In this document: in pieces, positions 49,280-58,828 of the stretch | Layout of the letters: every line of letters begins with the position of its first letter | Numbering within the stretch: position 1 is the first letter of the stretch | From: an uncultured Candidatus Saccharibacteria bacterium | Lineage (GTDB): Bacteria; Patescibacteriota; Minisyncoccia; Phycocordibacterales; Phycocordibacteraceae | DNA length: 64,000 nucleotides | Assembly (NCBI GenBank): GCA_964391975.1 | Contig: CAYMNZ010000001.1 | Location: 132,465-196,464, forward strand | Direction of reading: 5' to 3' | Notes under the pieces: generated by a model | What the model saw: only the letters and a program-made list of their open reading frames with translations | Database searches by the model: none | What the model was told of the DNA's origin: nothing | Made by a program: the position numbers and the translations under genes

Positions 49280-49295
49280 TGCCTAAAGCGAAAAC

Positions 49296-49320
49296 GGTTC
49301 CAATATCGTCCCAGCCAGCT
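49296..49320 (+). repeat. Degenerate site D
   Basis: GGTTCCAATATCGTCCCAGCCAGCT, nearly identical to site C. Confidence 0.55.
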
Positions 49321-49336
49321 ACGATATACTCTCCAT

Positions 49337-49735
49337 ATGACCTGGGAGACTCTTGAACAAGAAGTACGCGAACTCGCACAGAAAGTTGATTACAGGCCTG
49401 ACTACATTGTGGGCGTTGTGCGTGGGGGTCTCATCCCGGCGCGCCTCCTTTCTTCGTATCTTGGCATCAAAGATATGTATTGCCTCACGGTTAAAAAGAC
49501 CGAAGAGGGACGAATGGTAACGACGGAGATTTCTGCAGACCTTGCTGGCAAAAAAGTCTTGCTAGTTGAAGACATGCTTGAGACAGGGAAGAGCCTCGTG
49601 GTGGCGAAAGAGTATCTTGAAAGCAAGGGGGCAGAAGTAAAAAGCGCTTGTCTTTACACCATGCCAATTTCAGAGGTCACTCCCGATTTCTCACTACGCC
49701 AAGTGGAGGAAGTGGCTACGTTCCCTTGGGAATAG
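49337..49735 (+). CDS. Type I phosphoribosyltransferase (purine PRT-like)
   Basis: RGGLIPA, VLLVEDMLETGKS, FPWE. Confidence 0.88.
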   Translation: MTWETLEQEVRELAQKVDYRPDYIVGVVRGGLIPARLLSSYLGIKDMYCLTVKKTEEGRMVTTEISADLAGKKVLLVEDMLETGKSLVVAKEYLESKGAEVKSACLYTMPISEVTPDFSLRQVEEVATFPWE

Positions 49736-49759
49736 GGTTTCAATTAAACCAGCGACAGC
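49736..49759 (+). repeat. Degenerate site E
   Basis: GGTTTCAATTAAACCAGCGACAGC fills the gap between two convergent stop codons exactly. Confidence 0.45.
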
Positions 49760-51016
49760 TTAGGTGCCACCCTCCCAGGCAGAAAGGTATTTCTTCTGCT
49801 CCTCCGTAAGCTGCTCGAGCGAGAGGCCCATGGCGGTCAACTTGAGTGCTGCAACGTAGTTCTCGAGTTCCTCAGGAACATCATAGACAGCGGCTGAAAG
49901 AGGGGTTGGCTGTGTTGCCATCCACGCGCAGGCAAGCGCCTGGGTTGAGAAGCTCATGTCCATGACGGAAGCAGGATGTCCCTCAGCTGCTGCGAGGTTA
50001 ACCAGCCTTCCATCAGCGAGGAGGTTGATGCGGTTTCCACCAAGCAGGTACTCATCAACTGACGAGCGCACGTTCATGCGAACAGAAGACGCTTCCTTCT
50101 TAAGGGTTGCGACATCTATCTCCACATCGAAGTGTCCGGTGTTGCAGACAATCGCGCCGTCTTTCATCTTCCTGAGGTGCTCAATGCGGATGACATGGAT
50201 GTTGCCGGTTGCGGTGCAGAAGATATCACCTACCGGAGCGGCCTCTTCCATGGTTGCGACGCGGAAGCCATCCATTGAAGCCTCAAGCGCCTTGATAGGG
50301 TCTATTTCGGTGACGATGACCTGTGCGCCCATACCGCGTGCGCGCATAGCAAGCCCACGCCCACACCAACCATAGCCAGCGACGACAAACACCTTGCCGG
50401 CAAGGAGAATATCAGTTGCGCGAATGATGCCGTCGAGCGTGGACTGTCCAGTGCCGTAGCGGTTATCAAAAAGGTTCTTGGTCTTCGCATCGTTGACTGC
50501 AACGATAGGGAACTTGAGTGCACCGTCCTTACTCATGGCGCGCAGGCGTATGACACCCGTAGTTGTCTCTTCTGTTCCTCCCACAATTGAGGGAAGAAGG
50601 TCAGGGTGTTCCTTATGAATGGTTGAGACGAGGTCGGCGCCGTCATCCATGGTGAGGTGCGGCTTGGCGGCAATAACGCTCTTGAGGTGTTTGAAAAAGG
50701 TATCGCGGTCTTCTCCTTTCTTTGCGAAGACTGGAATGCCATGGTCAATGACAAGTGTCGCAGCGATATCGTCCTGGGTGGAGAGGGGATTGGATGCACA
50801 GAGAATGACGTTAGCGCCACCTTCCTTAAGGGTACGCATCAGGTTTCCAGTCTCGGCCGTCACATGGAGGCATGCTCCTACGGTCATGCCCTTCAAAGGC
50901 TGCTCCTTCTTGAACTTCTCGCGAACAGCCCGAAGCACTGGCATGTCGTTATCAGCCCAGGCGAGGCGCTTGGCACCCTCAGGAGCGAGGTTCTTGTCAG
51001 TAATGTCGTAGTCCAT
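49760..51016 (-). CDS. ahcY: S-adenosylhomocysteine hydrolase
   Basis: [50 protein letters not shown]. Confidence 0.96.
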   Translation of the reverse strand: MDYDITDKNLAPEGAKRLAWADNDMPVLRAVREKFKKEQPLKGMTVGACLHVTAETGNLMRTLKEGGANVILCASNPLSTQDDIAATLVIDHGIPVFAKKGEDRDTFFKHLKSVIAAKPHLTMDDGADLVSTIHKEHPDLLPSIVGGTEETTTGVIRLRAMSKDGALKFPIVAVNDAKTKNLFDNRYGTGQSTLDGIIRATDILLAGKVFVVAGYGWCGRGLAMRARGMGAQVIVTEIDPIKALEASMDGFRVATMEEAAPVGDIFCTATGNIHVIRIEHLRKMKDGAIVCNTGHFDVEIDVATLKKEASSVRMNVRSSVDEYLLGGNRINLLADGRLVNLAAAEGHPASVMDMSFSTQALACAWMATQPTPLSAAVYDVPEELENYVAALKLTAMGLSLEQLTEEQKKYLSAWEGGT

Positions 51017-51018
51017 GG

Positions 51019-51957
51019 TCAGAGCGGGAAAGGTGATTGGTAAGTGGATTCGTAACGTGCGGTCAGCTCATCAAGCGTGAAGCGGTGGTTTTGCGTACCA
51101 TAGCACTCCACTGCATAGGTGGCTACCGTGCTCGCAAGACGCAACGACTCTTCAAGTGAAATGCCTGAGGAGAGTCCGTGAAGGAGGCCTGCGCGGAATG
51201 CATCTCCTGCGCCGGTGGGGTCAACTACCTCATTTGCAGGAACGGCCGGAACGGTGAGCTCATCGTTTCCTGTACGCACACGAGAACCCTGCTCGCCAAG
51301 CGTGACGATAAGTGTTTGGCACGCATCAATGATGTCTTGCTCGCTCCATCCGGTCTTCTCGAGTACAAGCGCGAGTTCGTAGTCATTAACGATAAGTCCC
51401 AGAGCTCCTGTAATAGCGCTCCTCAAATCTTCTCCGGAGAGCATGGGAATCTGCTGGCCGGGGTCAAAGAGATAGGGAACACCAGCTTCCCGGAAGCGTT
51501 CAGGGAAACGGCGCATGTCTTCGATTCCCGTAGGAGAAACAATGGCGAGCGAGGCTCGTGCGGTTTCAAACGGAAGCGTGTAGCCCTGCTCGTCAGCTCC
51601 GGCAGAGAAGGCAGTAATTTGGTTGTCTGCTTTATCGGTAGTGATGTAACAGGACGCAGTAGGGAGGTCATTGATGATTTCAATGCCGGTAGTTGCAATG
51701 CCATTTTCTTTCAGGTGTTCTTCGTAGTCGGCAAAATCATTACCTGCGGTTGCAAGAATCTCTGGAGAACCGCCGAGAAGTGCGAGGCTGTACCCGATGT
51801 TGCCTGCGCATCCGCCGAACACTATTTTAGGAGTAGAGACCGAGAATGAGACGTTGATGTTATGGAGCCCTTCCGGTAAGAAATGCTCCTTGAAAAGGCC
51901 AGGGAAGACCATGATGCGGTCGTAGGCAAGAGATCCAATGAGAAGGATGCGGTTCAT
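51019..51957 (-). CDS. PfkB-family kinase, adenosine-kinase-like
   Basis: [33 protein letters not shown]; coupled to ahcY. Confidence 0.85.
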   Translation of the reverse strand: MNRILLIGSLAYDRIMVFPGLFKEHFLPEGLHNINVSFSVSTPKIVFGGCAGNIGYSLALLGGSPEILATAGNDFADYEEHLKENGIATTGIEIINDLPTASCYITTDKADNQITAFSAGADEQGYTLPFETARASLAIVSPTGIEDMRRFPERFREAGVPYLFDPGQQIPMLSGEDLRSAITGALGLIVNDYELALVLEKTGWSEQDIIDACQTLIVTLGEQGSRVRTGNDELTVPAVPANEVVDPTGAGDAFRAGLLHGLSSGISLEESLRLASTVATYAVECYGTQNHRFTLDELTARYESTYQSPFPL

Positions 51958-52757
51958 GACGTGAGGTCCTTGGTCATCTCGATACCGAGGAGAAAGGAAG
52001 GTCGCACGCCGTAGCGCATGCGCAACACCTTGAATTTCGACATAATCGCAAGATCCGGGTCTCCGACAAGGTGGTCGGGCATGAGGGTGTAGTTGCTAGC
52101 CTTGTCTCCGGCGAACTTCGCTTTGTCGATAATCACATCATCGCGCTCAAGCTCGTCCATCGCCTGGCCGTTCTCATCAAGCAGAATGAGCTTCACGCGC
52201 AGAAAGGAAGGGAGCTCGCCCCGCTCCTTGTACGCCGCCTGGTTTGCGGGGTCGTTCGACTCGTCCTGGAAGCGGTCCCAGGTCTCCCTGTCCGCGTCCG
52301 AGATTTCATACCCGTTGGTGAGGCCGAGCTTGATGACGGATGGCATGGAGGCACGCAGGTGCATGACATGCGGGACGGTGTCGGGATTGCGCGCGTGGAG
52401 TGCATGCGCGTAGTTTTCGGCAGTCGCGAGCAGGAAGCTGCCTACACCTTTTTTTCGTGTACCGAAGACAAAGCGGTGATAGACGTACCACATACCCTTC
52501 TGTGGGTCCATCGAAAGTTCCGCGACCTTCTCTCCCGTCGCGGTGTCGGTGAAGGTCAGGTAGCCATCCGTGGCACCACGCTCGGGCACGAAATGACTCT
52601 TCCATTCGCACTCTACTTGCCCGGGAGCGAAGCTCGGGAGGTCTATCTTCTCTTTCCACTCGAAGGAGAACTCGGATTGCTCCAACCGTTTCTGTCCTGC
52701 CTCGGAGAGGAGGGCACCAGGGACAGGAGGAGCGGGAGGGCTTTCTGCAGGGCTCAT
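51954..52757 (-). CDS. Hypothetical protein, probable GNAT fold
   Basis: RKKGVGSFLL, NGYE; start set at ATG 52757, 6 nt after TACTAT. Confidence 0.55.
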   Translation of the reverse strand: MSPAESPPAPPVPGALLSEAGQKRLEQSEFSFEWKEKIDLPSFAPGQVECEWKSHFVPERGATDGYLTFTDTATGEKVAELSMDPQKGMWYVYHRFVFGTRKKGVGSFLLATAENYAHALHARNPDTVPHVMHLRASMPSVIKLGLTNGYEISDADRETWDRFQDESNDPANQAAYKERGELPSFLRVKLILLDENGQAMDELERDDVIIDKAKFAGDKASNYTLMPDHLVGDPDLAIMSKFKVLRMRYGVRPSFLLGIEMTKDLTS

Positions 52758-52842
52758 ACGCGCATAGTACCAGTTGTGCAATCTTCACTCTAGCCTAAGG
52801 GATGAGGTGTACTATTTATAGGTACCCCCTAACCAGCTATCC

Positions 52843-53283
52843 ATGACTCTTCCATTCCTTACCCGTCCGTATGAACGTTGGGCACCTGTCGTCGGTCGCG
52901 TGCTGTTCGGTCTCTTATTCCTCAATGGTGCATTCTGGAAAATCCCTGGCACCGATATGTTTGCCATGCAGGTAGCGGGTGCTGAGGCGGTTGGCATCCC
53001 ATTTGCAACGGTGGCAGTGACTCTCGCCTTTATTCTTGAACTTGTCGCGGGAATCATGCTCGTCGTTGGATGGAATACCCGCTTGGCGGCATTCGCACTC
53101 ATCCTCTTCGTTATTCTCATTGCCGCCTTCTACGGAAGGAATCTTGCTGACATGCAGCAGATGACCACCTTCTTCACCTGCCTCCAGATTATCGCGGGCC
53201 TTCTTTACGTTTCCACGTATGGTGCGCAGCGCGCAGCAATTGCTACCTGCCCGCTGCCGGACGGACTGACAAAGTCAGTGTGA
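52843..53283 (+). CDS. DoxX family membrane protein
   Basis: GRVLFGLLF..G..KI, ELVAG..LVVGW.TR.AA. Confidence 0.85.
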   Translation: MTLPFLTRPYERWAPVVGRVLFGLLFLNGAFWKIPGTDMFAMQVAGAEAVGIPFATVAVTLAFILELVAGIMLVVGWNTRLAAFALILFVILIAAFYGRNLADMQQMTTFFTCLQIIAGLLYVSTYGAQRAAIATCPLPDGLTKSV

Positions 53284-53996
53284 AGCAGGTAACAATCCTA
53301 AGCCAAGGGCAACAGATGGAAGGCACGCTCTGCGTGCCTTCCGGCGGACAGGGACCATATCCGGGGGTCGTTCTTTTTCACGGCATGACCGGCAGCCAGA
53401 AAAAATACGTTCCCTTTGCAGAGGCCTTAGCTGATAACGGTATTGTGGGTCTTGCAGTAAGTATCAGAGGTCATGGCGGAAGTGAGAGGACCTTAGATAC
53501 CACCACTCCGGCGGAAGGGTATGCAGACGCGCTTGCGGCCTATGACTTCCTTGCAGAGCAGGGTGAGGTGGACTCGGGAAGAATTGGGTTATTCGGAAGC
53601 AGTTTCGGCGGTATGTTGAGTGCGCTCATTGCAAAAGACCGTGCGACTAAGAGCATTCTACTTCGTGTCCCTGCTGCGTATACCGAAGACATGATGCGTA
53701 TGACGTACCAGCAGACCATGGATAGTGAATCTAATATGTTTTTCAACATAGAAGATATTTCAGCGTGTCCCGCTCTCAGGTCTCTTCAGGGATATACCGG
53801 AAGCTTGCTCGTCATAGCGGCAGAGAAGGATGCCATCATCCCGCTGAGGATTCCCGAAGCGTATGTTTCCAGCGCAGCGTCCGCTGTTAAGAAAGAATTG
53901 CAGGTAGATGCTGGAGCGCTACACCCTCTGACTGACGAAAGATCACTTCAAGACCTATGTGCTCGCATGGTCGGGTGGTTTAGGGAAACGTTGTAA
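53280..53996 (+). CDS. Alpha/beta hydrolase
   Basis: FHG, RGHGGS, GSSFGG, D..IP, H. Confidence 0.85.
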   Translation: MKQVTILSQGQQMEGTLCVPSGGQGPYPGVVLFHGMTGSQKKYVPFAEALADNGIVGLAVSIRGHGGSERTLDTTTPAEGYADALAAYDFLAEQGEVDSGRIGLFGSSFGGMLSALIAKDRATKSILLRVPAAYTEDMMRMTYQQTMDSESNMFFNIEDISACPALRSLQGYTGSLLVIAAEKDAIIPLRIPEAYVSSAASAVKKELQVDAGALHPLTDERSLQDLCARMVGWFRETL

Positions 53997-54040
53997 TCTC
54001 AGTAAGAGGGAGAATGTGAGGGGCTTGGTATAGTACATTC

Positions 54041-54412
54041 ATGATTAAAGAAAAAAGTCTTGCAGCCTTTTACAAGGCATTGCCGAAAACACATGCGCCC
54101 GCGCTGAAGAAACTACGCGCACAGATAAAGAAGCTCTATCCCACCGCCGTCGAGCAAATCAGCTACGGCATGCCGCTCTTCAAGCTTGATGGTAAGCCGC
54201 TCGGTGGCGTACAGGCTGCTAAGAATCATTCGGCAATCTTTGTGTGGAGTGGCACCGCCCTGCGACCGCTAAAAAAGATGCTTGCTGGTTACGACACCTC
54301 CACAGGCACTGTGCGCTTTCCTCCTCAGAAGCCCCCTCCTCTTAAAGTGGTCAAAGCAATCCTCGCTTCCCGGGAGAAAGAAATTCGGAAGGCTCTGGGC
54401 ACGAAAAAATAA
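54041..54412 (+). CDS. DUF1801/YdhG-like protein
   Basis: LR..IK...P.A.E.ISYGMP.F, GTVRFP. Confidence 0.85.
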   Translation: MIKEKSLAAFYKALPKTHAPALKKLRAQIKKLYPTAVEQISYGMPLFKLDGKPLGGVQAAKNHSAIFVWSGTALRPLKKMLAGYDTSTGTVRFPPQKPPPLKVVKAILASREKEIRKALGTKK

Positions 54413-54414
54413 CT

Positions 54415-54489
54415 TGGTGACCCCACGGGGAATCGAACCCCGATTTACGCCGTGAAAGGGCGCTGTCCTAACCGTTAGACGATAGGGCC
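54415..54489 (-). tRNA. tRNA-Glu(TTC)
   Basis: GGCCCTA/TGGGGTC acceptor, GCGCC-CTTTCAC-GGCGT, encoded CCA. Confidence 0.95.
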
Positions 54490-54504
54490 TTTTGCTGCCT
54501 GGCT

Positions 54505-54538
54505 ATCCTAGCATTTTGACCCCCTAGAATGCTAGGAT
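54505..54538. promoter_or_regulatory. Back-to-back identical extended -10 promoters for divergent tRNAs
   Basis: Inverted repeat ATCCTAGCATT...AATGCTAGGAT gives TGCTAGGAT on each strand. Confidence 0.65.
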
Positions 54539-54547
54539 GCGCCTTAC

Positions 54548-54634
54548 GGAGAGGTGGCTGAGTGGTCGAAGGCGCCGCACTCGAAATGCGGTGTAGGGGA
54601 AACCTTACCGTGGGTTCGAATCCCACCCTCTCCG
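54548..54634 (+). tRNA. tRNA-Ser(CGA), CCA not encoded
   Basis: GGAGAGG/CCTCTCC acceptor, CCGCA-CTCGAAA-TGCGG, long variable arm. Confidence 0.95.
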
Positions 54635-54652
54635 CTCTGGTAAGATAGGGAA

Positions 54653-54742
54653 ATGAGCACCAAAGCTCTTCTACTCCTCTCAATTGTGCTCGGGCTTATC
54701 ATCATCGCGCTCATCGTCGCGCATTTCGTCGTACCTCTCTAG
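54653..54742 (+). CDS. 29-aa single-TM small protein (not in ORF track)
   Basis: MSTKALLLLSIVLGLIIIALIVAHFVVPL*; TAAGAT 6 nt before ATG; stop lies 1 nt before the next ATG. Confidence 0.7.
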   Translation: MSTKALLLLSIVLGLIIIALIVAHFVVPL

Positions 54743-54743
54743 T

Positions 54744-56222
54744 ATGGAAGGCCACCAGGAACTAAAAGCATACATACGGGACCGGCTTGCTGCGGGGGCG
54801 TCGCGTGCCGTTATCGAACAGGAACTCCTCAACGTTGGATGGAAACCGGAGATAGTCCGGGCAGTACTTCGACCCAAACGTAACCTCCGCAAGCCCCTTC
54901 TTATCGCTGCGGGAGTACTGTTCCTTGTCGTCGCTAGTACGGTTTTGGCAGTCTGGGGACCCACTACCCAAGGCGCACGCCTTCCGATTCCTGCGGAGTG
55001 GACGCAACCACCACTCTCGCACGGAGAAGAGCCCGCGCTCGCGAACCCTGAGTTCTTTGCGAAGGTGAAGCAGGACTTCATCGACAAGAAGTCTGACCTC
55101 ATCGAGGCCGACCTCTCAACGATGACACTTAACGTTTATAAAGCAGGGGAGTTGGCGCTCACCGTTCCTATTAAAACTAAGGGACGTGAAGGCTCATGGT
55201 GGGAGACCCCCGCTGGGCTCTATTCAATACAAACAAAAGAGGATTCACACTTCTCAAGTTTTGGCCGTGTCTACCAACCCTACTCCATGGCCTTCCAAGG
55301 AAACTTTTTCATTCATGGCTGGCCGTATTATCCAGGCGGGGAACCGGTAGCAAGTACGTATTCAGGCGGATGCATCAGGCTTGCTGACGAAGACGCGAAA
55401 AAGGTCTTCGATATGGTAGATGTGGGCACCCCGGTGCTCGTCTTTGAGCACGATTTCTCCTCTGACCAATTCTCTTACGCAGACCTCAACAAAGACTCCC
55501 TTTCTGCCGGCAGCTATCTTGCAGCAGATATCCGCAACAACGAAGTCTTTTTCTCAAAGAGTCCAAAGAAACAAGTGCCCATCGCTTCCATCACGAAGCT
55601 CATGACGGCGCTTATTGCGACTGAATATCTCAACCTCGACACCGTTACGACGGTGCCGCGCGAAGCTATCGTCTACACCTCGCTCCCACGTCTGCGAGCC
55701 GGACAAGAAATAAGCATCTACCAGCTTCTCTTCCCGCTCTTGACTGAATCCTCAAACGAAGCCGCTGAGACTATTGCGCGCCACTATGGTCGTGACAGCT
55801 TCGTCGCCCATATGAATGAGAAGGCCAAAGCTATCGGCATGACCGACACCACGTTCGTTGACCCCTCTGGCGCTTCAGCAGAGAACGTCTCGACGGCAGA
55901 AGATCTCTTCATGCTCGCCAAGTACGTCTACAACAACCGTAGTTTCGTTTTCAACATCACCTCCGGAGACCTGAAGGGGAGTGCGTATGGCGCGAGCGTC
56001 TTCACGGACCTCAGGAACCTCAACCACCTCATCACCAGCAAGTACTTCATCGGAGGCAAGGTAGGCCAGACGCTGGCTGCAAAGGAAACTGACCTTATAG
56101 TTCTTGAGATTCCTATTGGTTCAACGACGCGCCCTATTGTTCTTGTGGTACTCGGCTCGGAGGATTCAGAGTCAGATTCTCAAGCGTTGCTTGACCGCGT
56201 GCTCGACCGCTACGCGAGGTAG
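54744..56222 (+). CDS. L,D-transpeptidase (YkuD) fused to D-Ala-D-Ala carboxypeptidase (S11)
   Basis: TM; ETPAG, FIHG, SGGCIRL; then ASITK (SxxK), SSN, KVG; start set at MEGHQE. Confidence 0.88.
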   Translation: MEGHQELKAYIRDRLAAGASRAVIEQELLNVGWKPEIVRAVLRPKRNLRKPLLIAAGVLFLVVASTVLAVWGPTTQGARLPIPAEWTQPPLSHGEEPALANPEFFAKVKQDFIDKKSDLIEADLSTMTLNVYKAGELALTVPIKTKGREGSWWETPAGLYSIQTKEDSHFSSFGRVYQPYSMAFQGNFFIHGWPYYPGGEPVASTYSGGCIRLADEDAKKVFDMVDVGTPVLVFEHDFSSDQFSYADLNKDSLSAGSYLAADIRNNEVFFSKSPKKQVPIASITKLMTALIATEYLNLDTVTTVPREAIVYTSLPRLRAGQEISIYQLLFPLLTESSNEAAETIARHYGRDSFVAHMNEKAKAIGMTDTTFVDPSGASAENVSTAEDLFMLAKYVYNNRSFVFNITSGDLKGSAYGASVFTDLRNLNHLITSKYFIGGKVGQTLAAKETDLIVLEIPIGSTTRPIVLVVLGSEDSESDSQALLDRVLDRYAR

Positions 56223-56242
56223 CGCGTGCTAGCATAGCTTCC

Positions 56243-57106
56243 ATGATCGCAACTGGTGTCCTCCTTGCACTTCTCGCTCTGGTTGGTTGGGGAGTAGGGG
56301 ATTTCCTCATTCAGCGCACTACGAGGCTCGTCGGAAGTGCTAAGGCACTGTTTTTCATAGGACTTGTTGGCTTCCTCGCTCTCTCACCCTTTGTCCTCCC
56401 AGACCTTGGGCAGATTTCCTTTGCTGATATTGCGCTTCTCTCTGTCCTCTCGATTATCGTGATGGCAGGAGCGGCCTTCGACTTCGAGGCACTGCGGCAA
56501 GGAAAGATTGCGGTGGTTGAGCCAGTGGTGGGTCTCGAACTTCCAATGGCGGTAGGCATCAGCGTTCTCTTTATCGGTGAATCCCTTGGGACCACTCAAT
56601 TCCTCTTCATGCTCCTGGTGTTCGCTGGCACCGTGCTCGTGGTGATGCGAAGCTTCCACCACGTGTCACTTCGTCTTCTTGAGAAAGGCGTGTGGCTCGC
56701 CTTCGCTGCGGCAATTGGCACCGCGCTGACTTCAGTGCTTATTGGTGTATCGAGCCAGGCAATCTCACCACTTGTTGCTGTGTGGTTCTCGCATGGCGCG
56801 CTCGCGCTTGTTGCCTTCCTCGTCATCCTTCGTGATGGCACGCTCCACACCACCTGGAAGCAAATCAAGAAGCATCCGGTTACCATCGCTGCACACAGTA
56901 TCTCTGACAACGTCGCGTGGGTGGCGTTTGCAACTGCAGTGACCTTCGTGCCGATTTCGGTGGCTAACACCATCAGCGGAGGATATATCGCGCTTGCCGT
57001 GCTGCTCGGCCTCTTCCTTAATAAGGAGAAGGTGAAGCCCCATCAGCTGCTCGGTATCTTTTTGGTGGCCATAGGCGTCATAGCCCTCTCGTATTTCTAC
57101 GGATGA
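56243..57106 (+). CDS. DMT/EamA family transporter
   Basis: WGVGDF, two repeats, FLNKEK. Confidence 0.85.
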   Translation: MIATGVLLALLALVGWGVGDFLIQRTTRLVGSAKALFFIGLVGFLALSPFVLPDLGQISFADIALLSVLSIIVMAGAAFDFEALRQGKIAVVEPVVGLELPMAVGISVLFIGESLGTTQFLFMLLVFAGTVLVVMRSFHHVSLRLLEKGVWLAFAAAIGTALTSVLIGVSSQAISPLVAVWFSHGALALVAFLVILRDGTLHTTWKQIKKHPVTIAAHSISDNVAWVAFATAVTFVPISVANTISGGYIALAVLLGLFLNKEKVKPHQLLGIFLVAIGVIALSYFYG

Positions 57107-57137
57107 TGCAGAAGGACGGAACGGGTATACTAGCCTG

Positions 57138-58328
57138 ATGAAACCAGCGGATTGCGAGGAGTGTGGCGGAGACGGTATCTACCACCGCCTGACCTATATC
57201 ACGGTGGCGCTTGATGACCTCCTGCGCCCCTTCTTCACCCCTAATGCCTTCCTGAAGCCGATTACTTCCTGGATGTATGCGGTGGAGAAGGATCTCACCC
57301 CAAAACTCCTCAATTGGTTCGTGAAGCGCGGTTGGGCGAAGAAGGTTACTGACTGGGACGATGAGACCCCGCTTTTGGCTCGCATGCTCTGGGAGGAGGG
57401 AAAGGCGCGGGGGATAGAAATCTGGGAGTTCCGTCTCTTCGGGCTGGCACGCAATATTTACGTCGCGAAGCTTACAGACGGCACTGAGATAGCGTATGAA
57501 GGCATCCCGCTGCCGCCGGCCGGACTCACACAAGCATGGTGGCTCGACAACAAAGGCATACTCAAGAAGAAATTTCGTGAGCTCGGTATTCCAGTAGCAA
57601 AAGGTGCAGCTGCATTCACCCGTACGCAAGCAAAGGAGCTCTACAACAAACTTTCAGCTCCCGTCATAGCCAAGCCACACTCAGGCTCAGCCTCTCGCCA
57701 CACTACACTCCACATCACTGACGAACGTGACCTCATTCGCGGGTTTGAGATAGCGAAAGAAGTCGCTCCCTTTGCGGTCATCGAAGAGGAGCTTGTGGGA
57801 GGTGTTTACCGCGCAACCGTGGTCAACGGGAAGCTTGCAGCAACGCTTAGGCGCGACCAGCCGCATGTGATAGGCGACGGGAAGTCGAGTGTCCGGAAGC
57901 TTATGCTCAAGGCCAACGAGCACCCTGCTCGCCAAGGACCCTTCTTCCACCGCATGTACGTCACCACCCCAACGGCATTCCGTGAACTTGAGTGGCAGGG
58001 GCACCAACTCTCTGATATCCCTAAGAAAGGGGAGCGGGTCATCCTCCACCCGAAAATTAACTGGAGCGTGGGCGGCACCACCACCGATGTTACGGACGAA
58101 GTGCATCCGGACAACCAGGAACTCTTTGAGCGCATTGCAAAGGTGCTCGCCGCTCCGGTGGTCGGCATTGATTTCATTATTGGAGATATGAACCAGTCCT
58201 GGAAGGAACAGGACCGCTGCGGCGTCATTGAGTGCAACTCAATGCCATTCTTTGATAACCATCACCTGCCGTTTGAGGGGAAGCCTCGAAACGTAGCGGG
58301 GGATATTTGGGAGATGGTACTTAAGTAG
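57138..58328 (+). CDS. ATP-grasp ligase resembling the cyanophycin synthetase/GshAB ATP-grasp domain
   Basis: NK..LK..F..LGIPVAKG, VIAKP, VIGDG, GGTTTDVTD.VHP.N, GIDFI, IECNS.P. Confidence 0.8.
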   Translation: MKPADCEECGGDGIYHRLTYITVALDDLLRPFFTPNAFLKPITSWMYAVEKDLTPKLLNWFVKRGWAKKVTDWDDETPLLARMLWEEGKARGIEIWEFRLFGLARNIYVAKLTDGTEIAYEGIPLPPAGLTQAWWLDNKGILKKKFRELGIPVAKGAAAFTRTQAKELYNKLSAPVIAKPHSGSASRHTTLHITDERDLIRGFEIAKEVAPFAVIEEELVGGVYRATVVNGKLAATLRRDQPHVIGDGKSSVRKLMLKANEHPARQGPFFHRMYVTTPTAFRELEWQGHQLSDIPKKGERVILHPKINWSVGGTTTDVTDEVHPDNQELFERIAKVLAAPVVGIDFIIGDMNQSWKEQDRCGVIECNSMPFFDNHHLPFEGKPRNVAGDIWEMVLK

Positions 58329-58330
58329 AT

Positions 58331-58828
58331 ATGGACAACCCGGACAAGAAATTCGGAAGGTTTCCTTTCTTCAAGTCCAAAGAAGCGCGTCTCACGGAAA
58401 AGCTCGAGCGCTCCTTTAACCGTATCAACCTGCAGTATCAGCGAGTGAAGGCGCATCATGCAAACTTTCTCGTTAACACCGACTATGACGGCGTACGCGA
58501 GGAACTCCTAAACCGCGCTGGTACGTTTACCAGTGAGTCAGATGAACTTCTAAACCGGGAAGGAAAAGAATTCATCGCTGACATCCATCAGCGTGTACAT
58601 GAAGTAGATACCTACCAAGGAGACATAGAACGGCACATGGTCTCCGTCCTCCTCCTTTTGCGTATCCCACCCGAGTATATGCAGAACCCAGATGCGCTCA
58701 TGCAGGAGTATCCGCTGCTGGGACACTACTATCGTGCTATGCAGTCACTCGTTACCGCATGCGAAGCTTTCATCGCTGAGTACGACCAGGTATTCCCAGG
58801 GCGCACTGAGAGACCTACCGAGCCTTAA
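58331..58828 (+). CDS. Hypothetical helical protein
   Basis: ORF 2 nt after the previous gene; no motif recognised. Confidence 0.55.
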   Translation: MDNPDKKFGRFPFFKSKEARLTEKLERSFNRINLQYQRVKAHHANFLVNTDYDGVREELLNRAGTFTSESDELLNREGKEFIADIHQRVHEVDTYQGDIERHMVSVLLLLRIPPEYMQNPDALMQEYPLLGHYYRAMQSLVTACEAFIAEYDQVFPGRTERPTEP

